Of a stretch of 64,000 bases of DNA, positions 13,101 to 24,715 are shown piece after piece. The translations under genes and the position numbers were made by a program. The DNA lies in NCBI GenBank assembly GCA_043228905.1, contig JBHGNT010000013.1:8742001-8806000 (forward strand). The letters run 5' to 3'. How positions within the stretch are numbered: position 1 is the first letter of the stretch; the number at the start of each line of letters is the position of its first letter. This stretch comes from Azolla caroliniana (taxonomy: Eukaryota > Plantae > Polypodiophyta). The notes beneath the pieces are model-generated. The model made no database searches and had not been told where the DNA came from. It saw nothing but the letters and a program-made list of their open reading frames with translations.

Positions 13101-16100
13101 TGACCATCTCTGCAAGGTAATGGAATATGAAGAATAATGATGCTTGGCAGTGTTCTTGCCAGAACTCAAGAGACATAGAAGTTGTTGGACAACAATACAA
13201 CCACAACAGCTCATCAATTGTAAACCATCATAACTTCCTTTAGCTCCATCACTCCTCATGGTACAAGTGAATCAAGGGCTACACAAGTAGGGTCTCAAAC
13301 ACAAGATTCAAAGGCAGTTACAAAGAATTTTTCATGTATTTAGGCCACAATGTCCATCCCATCTTGGATCGGACCATGCTGGAGATCTTTCAAAGGCAGA
13401 AGTTTCAGTCATCTAAGCTCAGAACGTAAACTCGGCTTGTTCTTCTTGAAGCTGAGATGACATTTTAAGGCATAATCTAGAAGGCTAAGAGGTTTGTTCT
13501 GGTACCATCTGTGTAATGGTGGACATGGAATAGGAGTGACAGGAGAAATAGCTGAGATGCAGAAGAAAGAAAGAAAAATATATTAACATCTTTTAAATGG
13601 CCAAACTAGCCTTTAAGACCAATCAAGAGGTAGGATTTGCCATATCTAAAACCTTTTGTTGTCTCAGCATTGCATATGCCAAAAATCTAACATTATTTAA
13701 ATAAATCAGAAGCAAAACTGTAGAATGCACAATGACTCGTTTTTCCTAATGTTCTCATATGGCCTCTTGGGTGAAATCTTCAGGTGGTCAATACCTAGAT
13801 CAAACAAAGTGATGGAGGGCATCCTTTTTCCCATGGTGCTCATTAAATCTCTAAAAACGCCTATGCTTTTCCTCAATCCTGCAACTGGGCCACGGTTGCT
13901 TTCATGGCTTTTGTACTCCAAGGTTTTCTATCCATTCTCATAACTTTGCCCTTGGGATGCCAAACAACAATATAATTGTTTTCCTTTAAGCCAATGGCTT
14001 CCATTTTGACCCGAAGACAAACCAGATGATCAATAGTGCTGTTTAGGGTTTAGAAACCTGCTTATACCACAGCCCTCTTGATGCTCATAAGTAGGGCCTA
14101 AGTTTAGCCATACAACATCAAACATCACACGATAGCTGGTGAACTGGTTTCTAATTCTTGTCTTGATCCACTTATCTTGCTCATCTCATAGAAAACCTTG
14201 TCCAATTGCTTGATCTAGTAATGCCTGTATCCATTCATTGGTAACTGGTCCAGTACATTTTAACATTTCTGACATAGGTGGAGTGTAACTGCAGCCTTGA
14301 AGTTATTTAATGCAGTTCATCACCTTTTTAAATTCAAAGGCTTCCTTGTGCATTAAGGAAACACATTGGTCATGGAATTTTTATTCTTCATGTATAATTG
14401 CTCCACATATGTCAAGATTTCAGCTGAGGAGAAACGTCAGTTTACTTCCATGTGCTATTCCTTGATAGCTCTCCCTTTTGGTTCTTTATAAGATGCATTA
14501 TATCCTATGTCTATAGAGAGAGCTATACAAAAATCTATTAAGGAGTTGTGATCTCTGAGCAAAGTGGATTGACTAGCAAAAACATAAAAGAATGCCAATA
14601 AATTTTCCTTCCAAAACCCGTTATGATTAAACTGCAATCATTTGCATTGATTGTTCTTCTATGTTAGATTTTGTCAATGCTTTTAGAATGTGGAATACCC
14701 TTATAGCAGTCATTACTGCATATAAATACATATACAGCATTATTGACTTTTAATGTGGCTTTGATGCAGGGCTTTGGTTTCCGCAATGGCAGAAATTCTA
14801 TGGCTTATTGGAGGAAAAAATAAGAGTGTTCTGACAGTACTTAATATTTTTTCTTTGCTACCGAAAGACATTAGCAAAAATGAAGAACAAGATGAAGTAT
14901 GTATTTACTTGAGAATATAAGAACCATAGATACTTTGTGTTTAGTGGGGAAACTGAAAAATATATGCACGTGTAAGTCAACACAACATCACTTTTTAACT
15001 GAATTTATACACGCTCACACCCATACAGAGGATTGTGGTTGATGTGAGTATCAATCTAATATAGGAAGAAATTTACTGTATGGTTAAATTCTTAATGTAT
15101 ATGCATTTACCCATGCCACAATGCATTTCTTTCCTAATGAAAAGTAGTTATGTATGTCTATAAATATGTCAACATATTTGTGACAGTAAGGAAAGTATAC
15201 ATATTTTCATGCCAAGTGATACTGACTTATTTTGACACCTGCAGATACTGGCCCAGCGATTGGAAGGCGTCTCGTTATGCTCTGGTGTGGATTTGCAAAG
15301 ACATCTTAGAATCTGTACATTCTCATCAATGTCTTCTCTTCTTCATCAACTCACATCCTTGCTACCAATGTTTAGAAGTCGTGTTGGTGCTTTGCTGTTT
15401 CTTTTCTCAGCTCTTTTATCTAGAGGACTGGTAAGGACTTTTTCAGAATTCTTCTCTTCAAGGCCCATAAAGGTATGAAAGTGTGAGAAAAGCTGTTAAT
15501 AGCAGCAGCGGAAGAGTTAGAACAAAATAGACACAGCCAAGCTGTGAGAAGGCTGTTAGACAGCTGTAGAAAAAATGGTTGCAAAGAGTAGAGACACAGC
15601 CAAAGAGTTGTGCTTGTTTCTAAGTAGCAGCAGAAAGTAATCTCCTTACAAAAGAGGTTGGTATAAGCCTATTTATACAAAATTGGGAATGGTTGTTTGG
15701 TAGTTAAGAGACTCTTGTACTACCAAATAGGTACAATAAACTAGGAATAAAAAAAAGGGAATATCTTGGAAAAAGTGGAAGAGACAAAAGGCATTTAAAG
15801 CATTGCAGATTCTAGAGAGAGAAGGCATTTAAAGAGTTGCAGATTCTAGAGAGAAAAGAATCTAGGAAGAGAGAGAATGTAGTACAGAGATAGTAAAGAT
15901 GAAAGAGAGTTCAGGTCTAGAGCTGCCACCCTCCAACACCTCTCAGCTCCAAAACGGCGGTCCAACATTGAGTCGATCGAGGAGCTGATCAATGGCTTGC
16001 CTTGGAAGCGGCTTAGTAAATAAATCAGCCACATTTTCTTGAGTAGGGCAATATGCCAAGTTGATGACTTGTGATTTTACTAATTCATGAACAAAATGGT

Positions 16101-19100
16101 AGTGCACTTCAATGTGTTTTGTTCTACCATGAACTGCTAAGCTATGTGCCAAGGCACGAGCACTTTGGCTGTCAGTAAAAACTGCAATAGGAGAGTCTTG
16201 CAAAACACGAATTTGAGAAAACAATTGCATTAATCATAGCAACTCACAACAAGTATCCAAGTAGGCGCGGTATACAGCTTTTGTCAATGAAGTAGAAACT
16301 GAGTTTTGCTTCTTTGATTTCCAAGAAATCAAGCCTGAACCTAACATAAAACAATAGCCAGCTGTGGACCTTCTAGAATCAATATCACCTGCCCAATCAG
16401 CATCTGAGTAGCCAACAAGCTCAATGTCGCCTCTAAAAGAAAGACCATAGTCGAGTGTGTTGGCCAAACACCGAAGAACTCGAATAGCTGCTTGCCAATG
16501 ACTTTGTCTTGGAGTAGTTGAGAATTGGCTGAGAATACTCATGCTATAGGACAAATCAGGCATGGTATAAGTTAAATGAAGAAGGAACCCAATTAACCTT
16601 CTATATTTCGTGATATCCTCAAATATGGGAGAATTGTCTTCACGAGATAGCTTTGAGTTTGGATCCATTGGATAGGAGAGTGGCTTGCAATTTGACATGC
16701 TATAGGTCTTAAGGAGCTGCCTGAGATACCTATGTTGGCTGAGAAAGATACCACCATGTGATTGATAGACCTGCATACCTATGAAATAATGGAGAAGTCC
16801 TAGATCAGTCATTTCAAAGGTTGTTTTGAGGTTAGTGCGGATCTCCTCAATTTTAGATGCAAGGGACCCTGTAATTAGAAGGTTGTCAACATATAATATG
16901 ATCAAGCAAAGCAAATTATCTTGGGAAAAAACATAGAGATTGCTGTCAGCATTACAGTTTTGAAACCCAAGAGAGAGAAAGAAGCTATCAATTTTGTCAT
17001 GCCAAGCTTTGGGAGCTTGCTTTAAGCCATACAAGGCTTTGTGTAACCTGTAAACCATGTTTTTCTGCTCTAAATCCCCGCGCGCGAGCCTTTTCATCCA
17101 GATGAACAAATTCGTCACTCAACGGCGGGCGGTCAATTCGCGTAGTTTTTTCTCGAAACCTAGAGGCTGTTCAACATAAACCTCCTCTTTCAAGTCACCG
17201 TTAAGGAAGGCTGACTTGACATCCATTTGAAAAATGGGCCATTTGTTGTGAGCAACAAGTGCAAGCGCACATTGGATAGAGGTGTACCTTGCTGTTGGAG
17301 CAAAAGTTTCCTCGTAATCCACTCCTTCGACTTGTGAGTAGCCTTTTGCCACTAAACGTGCTTTGTGCTTATCCAAAGTACCATCAGCATGGTATTTGGT
17401 TTTGAAAATTCATTTCAGTCCAATGACTTGTTGATGTGGAGGCCGTGGGACCAGCTCCCATGTATGATTCCGCTCAATGGAATCAAGTTCAACTTCCATT
17501 TCTGCTTTCCACTTTGGAAGAACAAGGGCCTCTTTTGCTGTTGTGGGTTCTTTTGATTGCACAACAGTGCACAATAAGGCAAAGTTGCATGAGTGAAGAG
17601 GCCGTTGTGACTTGCGTGTTCGAGAACCAGATGTATACTCATGAAGTTCAGCATCGGAGAGATGAGAATCACGAATGGTGGCTTGAAGCCACTTGGGAAG
17701 TGGTGGAAGATGGTTTGTAGAGGGAGGGGAAACAAGTGGAGTTGAGGGAGAGGATTGAATTGTTGGCGAAGTTAGAGATTGAGTAGGAGGAGATGGTGGG
17801 CTTGAAGATGTGACATCTTCGTCTAAAATAGGAGATTCCGGAGGAGCTGGGATTTCAACCATGAACTCAGGTGAAATCCTAGAATCATCCAACTGAGACT
17901 CCACAAAATGAACATCCCTAGAGATGACTAGGGACTTTGACTCTAAATTCCATAATCTATACGCTTTAGATTGTGTGCTGTAACTAAGAAATTTGCATTT
18001 CTTGGTTTTGGACTCAAATTTCGTCCTTTTATGATTTGAAATGTGAACATAAACATCACAACCAAAGACTTTAAAATGAGATACTGAGGGCTTTACACCT
18101 GTAAATGCTTTTGCATGCGTCATTCCAGCAACCGCTTTTGTTGGGCAGCAGTTGATGATGTAGACTGTTGTGTTCACAGCTTCACCCCGAAACGAGAGAG
18201 GAAGATCAGATTGAGATAGCATTGTACGAGCCATCTCTTGGACTGTCCGGTTCTTCCTTTCCACGACTCCATTTTGTTGAGTAGTATTAGGTGTAGAAAA
18301 TTGGCAAGCAATGCCTCGATGAGAGTAGAAATGGTGGAAAGCTTGGGAGATAAACTCTCCACCATTGTCCGACTTGATCTTTTGAACTTTCTTTGATGTC
18401 TCGTTCTCCACGAGAGCTACCCATTCTTGAAATTTTGTGAAGGCTTGCGATTTTTCTACAAGAAAATAAACCCAAACCTTGTGGGAGAAATCATCAATAA
18501 TGAGCATGAAGTAGCGTGCACCACCAAGAGTAGTGGTTTTCATGGGACCACAAAGATCCATGTGCACTAACTCCAAGATAGATGTTGCACGGTGAGTGGT
18601 TTCATGAGGGAAAGGCTCTCGATGTTGCTTGCCATGAAGACAAGCAACACATGGGGTATTGGGAGTTTTGAAAATAGGAAGACCCTCAACTAGTTGGGAA
18701 GAGGAGAGCTTTTGAAGAGAATCATAGTTGAGATGACCAAACCTAGCATGCCACAACGTGGGATCTTCTTGTGCCACCAACGCATGAGAGCCTTGAAAAA
18801 GATGAAGAAGATGAGATTTGGACTTTTCCAAGGGGCTATGGGAACTTTTCAGGTGGTATAAACCCCTTTCTTGTGTGCCACTAGCAACAATTTGTAGGTT
18901 GTTGGTGTCAATGACTTCCAAAACTAAGCTATCAAAGTAGACTCCATAACCTTGCTTAGTGATTTGGTAGATTGAAAGTAGGTTGGCAGAGATGCGAGGC
19001 ACATGTAACACATCTTGAAGAATGACGTTCTTCATTTGAAGAATTGTTAAGAAACACATTACCCACACATGAAGCCTCAATGCTTGAGGCATCTCCTATG

Positions 19101-22100
19101 GAAATGTGGGAGGAGCTAGGTTTCACATCATGCAAAATGGATTTGTCATAGATCATGTGTGAAGTAGCACCACTATCTACTAACCACTCATCAATGGTTG
19201 AGGTAGTTGGTCCAGCCAAATGTGAAGTTGGTCCAGCCAAAGGAAAACTGTTTCTTTGGCTAAGTGGGCTGAGTTGGATTTTGGTGTAGGTTGATTTTCG
19301 GTAGAAGAAGAGTTCTTAGCATTGTCCCTTTTCTTTTTCCGACAATCCGGCTGAATGTGACCTTTGTAGCCACAATAATGACAAGTGAGCTCCTTGTAAG
19401 CTGGGTTGTTTGGCGGTCTTGGATTGGGTTTGTTGTAGGAGTTACCATTTTGCTTCCACTTGCCTTTACTTGTTGCATGTAGAAGCGCCTCATTGGAAGT
19501 TTGAGCACTTTTCTTCCTTGTTGCCCTATCTTGTAGCATACCAAGAAATGTATTCATATCAGGTGTGTTGGGAAGAAGAGAAATTGTGTCGCAAAATGCT
19601 GAGAATGACTCAGGCAACTTTATCATTAGACGATGCACAAACTCAACTTCAGTTGACTTGCTTCCCAAAGAAACTAGTTCCTTTTGGAGAGTAACAAATT
19701 GCGTTATTTGATCCATGATGTTGGGAGTGTCATGAATCTTGAGATTAGCTAGTTGGTTCTCAATAGCTATCATTTGAGCATGATTAGCACTTCAGTTGAC
19801 TTGCTTCCCAAAGAAACTAGTTCCTTTTGGAGAATAACAAATTGCGTTATTTGATCCATGATGTTGGGAGTGTCATGAATCTTGAGATTAGCTAGTTGGT
19901 TCTCAATAGCTATCATTTGAGCATGATTAGCACTTCAGTTGACTTGCTTCCCAAAGAAACTAGTTCCTTTTGGAGAGTAACAAATTGCGTTATTTGATCC
20001 ATGATGTTGGGAGTGTCATGAATCTTGAGATTAGCTAGTTGGTTCTCAATAGCTATCATTTGAGCATGATTAGCACTTCAGTTGACTTGCTTCCCAAAGA
20101 AACTAGTTCCTTTTGGAGAGTAACAAATTGCGTTATTTGATCCATGATGTTGGGAGTGTCATGAATCTTGAGATTAGCTAGTTGGTTCTCAATAGCTATC
20201 ATTTGAGCATGATCTGCTCGATGGTACCTCTTTTTGATGGATGTCCATAGTTCATTGGCTGTCTCTTCATCTATATCTTGAAATTGATGAGCGATGCTTG
20301 GTTTAATATTAAACATGAGGAAAGCATGGGCACGAGAATCCTTATCTAGCCACGCTTCAATCTCAGCGTTAGATGAGCCAACAACTGATTTGGTTGAAGA
20401 GGATGAAGTTACTGGTGGTTTCTTTTCACTACCATTGACTACATTCCATAAACGATGGTATTGTAGCAAGGTCTTTATTTGTAGCTCCCAATCCAAGTAA
20501 TTGTTCCCATCCAAGATGGACTCTTTGGGGAGTTGGGGAATGGTTGATGAAACAATCGTGGCATGCGAGGCCATGGATATCCTCCTCTTGAGCTACAACT
20601 GGACAATTTACAGCAGTTGTAAGTAGATGCTCAGGGTCTTTCTACTTCTCCCTAGATGCTAGGTGAGGCTCAGATGAGGGGAAAAGAAAAAAGAAGAACC
20701 TCCTCTGTAGGTTGGGAGGGTGGCTGCTAAGAGAACCTCCTCTATAGGGTTGGGAGGGAGGGATAAAAGAAGAGAGGTCTGTGTGCTCTTTGGCAAAAAA
20801 GAAATTCAGGCTGAGGATATAGAGACCTCACTGCTCTGATACCATGTGAGAAAAGCTGTTAATAGCAGCAGCGGAAGAGTTAAAACAAAATAGACACAGC
20901 CAAGCTGTGAGAAGGCTGTTAGACAGCTGTAGAAAAAATGGTTGCAAAGAGTAGAGACACAGCCAAAGAGTTGTGCTTGTTTCTAAGTAGCAGCAGAAAA
21001 TAATCTCCTTACAAAAGAGGCTGGTATAAGCCTATTTATACAAAATTGGGAATGGTTACTTGGTAGTTAAGAGACTCTTGTACTACCAAACAGGTACAAT
21101 AAACTAGGAATAAAAAAAAGGTAATATCTTGGAAAAAGTGGAAGAGACAAAAGGCATTTAAAGCATTGCAGATTCTAGAGAGAGGGGGCATTTAAAGAGT
21201 TGCAGATTCTAGAGAGAAAAGAATCTGGGAAGAGAGAGAATGTAGTACAGAGATAATAAAGATGAAAGAGAGTTCAGGTCTGGAGCTGCCACCCTCCAAC
21301 AGAAAGTGGTGAGAAAAATTGATAACCCTAGAATTCTAGAGTCAGTAGCTTTGCATATTAGTTATGTAATTCATAACCAATTATTAGTATTTGTTGGAGA
21401 CTTGAATACAGACATTTTAATATGAACTAGTAGCTGGCTGCTTCCAGCTTACTATTCTTTTTATGAGATGCACCTATTCACACATGTATATCTGTCCTTA
21501 GTATTGAACTGATTTGGTTTTTGGGTCTTATAATGGTATACAGATCCAGTTAGAGCATTATGTACATCATTGATAGAGTGAACTGTCCATGTAATTTAAC
21601 AAATTCATGGTGATAGGACTTTAAAATACATCCTATGTTCATATGATTGGTTTGCGTCATCGATACTTTGTGAGGGGAAACTTTGATATGCTTTGATTTT
21701 GTCAATCTGAAATCAATTGCAAGATTGTACCAATAGAAGGTTAAATAGAACAATTTACTCTGTACTAGCTTTTTTGTTCTGTACTTTGCCTTCAACCATG
21801 CCATAGAATTAGAACAGAAACAATTTTCAACTTGTGTGTTTCAATATTCATAGTGTGCTGACTTTTCAGTGTAGATTATCTCTACAGTATAGTGCTACGG
21901 CCGTTGACTAGAGGTTAAGAGGATGAATGGTTGGTCGTTCTAAACTAATCACATTCCCTCTCCAATGTTGAAACATTACAGAGGCGAGCTCTCTCTCTTT
22001 GTAATAACAACATTTAAATTATATCTTTATAGATTAAAAAATTGATATTTTGACCTAATTGAATGTGGTTACTTTTCTTCATTGCCTAGTGACTCTGAAA

Positions 22101-23570
22101 TTCCTGTTTGCATCATTGCCATTTTGAGAAAGACTGGTTATCTTGTGAATCATAATCATGAATGCCATTGAATTCTTCAAATATACTGATGATATTTTAT
22201 TTCTAGATCGTGTTTAAGAGTAAAAACATAGGCATTATTTGGAGATAGGCTTACATAGTACTTGTTTAAAGTTACTAACTGTATGTATTATCAATTATTT
22301 TTTACAATGGAAGCATAAATGCTAGTATATTGCTGCTTTTGTATAACAAAGTGATTATTCCATCCTTTTTATCAGGTCTTTGAGTATGTCAATTTAAAAT
22401 AGTGATCTGAGATTTATAAATTCTGATTTTGCACATCATATATGCAGGATCCTACTGAGGATTAACAAAATACTCATATTTCTTATATTGTAGGATGCTG
22501 TCCAACTTGACAGAGATGATCCTGGGCAGCCTCTTGTAACAACTCCTTTTGGACATGCTTCACAGGTATTTTTGTTTTGATCATATTATCCTCTTAAAAA
22601 GGGAATGCTTTTGAGCTTTCTGTTGTAGATTGTTCCAAGTTGGTGATGCCATAAAATTTCTCTACATTATTCTTCTTATGTTAGTGAAACATTCATCTTG
22701 TCCTTGGTACTGCTACACTAATAGAATATGTGTTTTTCTGGAAAGGGAGCAGCCTATAACATTGCCGTGATGTTCTGTCAAAACAATTTTTTGCAGGAGA
22801 TTGTGAACCTTTTAATATCTGGTCAAGCTGTTCCTAATGTATTTGATGGGCACATGGATATTGGTGGGGGTATGCAGCTTAAAGGGATCCCATCTAATGT
22901 TGAAGTGGGATTCCTTACACTGTTAGAAGCTTTGAATCTTTGCAAAGTAGGCCAGTACCTGAAGCGCCCAAAGTGGCCCATCTGGGTTGTTGGAAGTGAG
23001 TCGCATTATACAGTCTTATTTGCTCTTGAACGTGGGATTCAAGATGAAAATGAATTAGAAGATAGGGAAAGACGCATCCGCCAGGCATTTGATTCACATG
23101 ACCAAAGTGGTGGAGGTGGCTTTATTGGAGCTGAAGCTGTACAGCAACTTGTTCATGATATGAACATTGTCATGCCTCAAGATATGCTTGAGAACCTGTG
23201 TAGCAGTGATTATGTGGTTTGGAATGAGCTTTGGCAAGCACTGCATCAGATAGAAAAGAACAAGGGAGGATTGAAGGACACAGATTCTGTGCGAGGAATA
23301 AAACAATTTGACCTGTATCATTTTAATGGCATTGCCAAAACTGTAGGCAGCAGTAGTGCCGGTGAGGTTATTGAGCAACGGCCTCGATTGACCAAATTGC
23401 ATGTTACAGTGCCCCCCAAGTGGACCCGAGAAGAGTTCATGATGGATGTGGATAAAGAGAAAATGGAGAAGGAACAACCTGCCCAACATGCTCCATTAGT
23501 AGATTGTATAAAGACAAGATGGCAACGAGCAACATGCAATTGGTCTAATGATCCGCCTAGCATTGTGTAA
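7119..23570 (+). CDS. MINDY3: Ubiquitin carboxyl-terminal hydrolase MINDY-3/4 family (FAM188/DUF4205) with N-terminal UIM and EF-hand-like segment; 7 exons, 598 aa
   Basis: GT-AG exons are 7119-7555, 7643-7721, 7806-7927, 14770-14896, 15245-15430, 22494-22565 and 22797-23570 (1797 nt, in frame, no internal stops). It has a UIM-like [18 protein letters not shown], catalytic Cys in [43 protein letters not shown], and catalytic His in [13 protein letters not shown]. Confidence 0.92.
9300..12330 (+). mobile_element. Highly degenerate Ty1/copia pol remnants (RT and RNase H) in intron 3 of the MINDY gene
   Basis: Motifs include [10 protein letters not shown] (~10420), [15 protein letters not shown] (~11980) and [20 protein letters not shown]...SWKS...EAEY (12043-12318). 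There are many stops and boundaries are approximate. Confidence 0.75.
15482..21301 (-). mobile_element. Full-length Ty1/copia LTR retrotransposon, antisense in MINDY intron 5, inactivated
   Basis: 457-bp TG...CA LTRs at 15482-15938 and 20845-21301 have ~12 mismatches counted by eye. TSD GAAAG is at 15477-15481 and 21302-21306. The tRNA-iMet PBS TGGTATCAGAGC is at 20833-20844 and the PPT GGAGCTGAGAGG is at 15939-15950. Domain order is gag, CCHC knuckle, PR (VDSGATSHM), INT, RT (YVDN for YVDD), RH. Confidence 0.97.
19646..20213. repeat. Four tandem copies of a 143-bp-period unit inside Copia gag
   Basis: Units start at 19646, 19789, 19932 and 20075 and are nearly identical. Each junction has a 4-nt TAGC filler. 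Confidence 0.95.
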
Positions 23571-24634
23571 TAATGGATAGTATTGAGAATGGCAACAACC
23601 TGACAGTAGTTTCGTTTATTATGGAACTCTTCTATTTGGCAATGAGTTAACCTTTTTTTGTCATCATGGATCTGTTTTTGAGAGGTAATTATTCTGGCAG
23701 CAATTTGAGACTATCTGAAAATACGTAACCATTGTATTTGAAATGCAGAGCACTTTTGGGCCACAATGAATCTGCTCTTTTGTGGTTACTGAAACCATGT
23801 TTTGCCACTTAGCATTTTATGGCTGATTCATAATGGTTGTTCATGAGCAGCAGAGCTATGGAACCAAAAACAGTTGAAAACAAGCTATCTCCCAAAACAG
23901 TTGAAAGCAAACTATCTTCTGTTTTTGGGAAACGAGGTTTGGGTAACTTGGACTTCCTTCAGCTGATTATTTTAAGTTTTAGCATCTTTGAGCAATTATG
24001 GATGGTATCTGATTACCTTCTTATGCGCTGAGTTTATGTTTTTTGGTATGCTGGGAGATGATTTCATCAGTAGCATATGATGACCTATAAATGTAATGCA
24101 CATTACGTCATTTGTATGTGCATGGCATGACATGGCATCCTCATGAAATTTTCTTGTGGTGTTGGTCCCACCTTTTTTCTTCATTTGCCCATCAATGAAA
24201 TTTCTTGTGGCATTAGTCCCACTTGTTTTCTTTATTGCACATCATATATTTCTGTGGCCATCAAACCCACCATGAGATTCTTCTATCACATTATTAATCA
24301 ATACAAAATCTCAATGTTTCAATGAATCATTTCTTTGGCACATGTTTTATGTTTTTCACTTTTAAAAGACTACTGCAAATACCACAATTTTCTTCTTTAT
24401 ATCCATTGTACTGCCATATATGTATAAGACTTCATATAATTCCTATTGCCGCATGTAGAAACCAAAGAAAGATGACTTGTCACGTACCCGAGCAAGGAAA
24501 TTGGTTTGGCAATTCTACTAGGGAAATTCTTATGTTGGAGTTAAGAACAAGGATCTTGACTTTTAGATGTGTTATGCTATATATCTTGCCAACAAAATCA
24601 TGATGATCATATGCGGCCTTGACAGGGTTCTTAA

Positions 24635-24679
24635 TGTTATTGGCTGCCTAGTGTGAAATGGGATGGGCCAACCAAACCA

Positions 24680-24715
<36 letters not shown>

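Noticed and set aside
19646-20213. Regular repeat array resembling CRISPR
   Set aside because: The units are contiguous identical gag sequence with no unique spacers, there are no cas genes and the context is eukaryotic.
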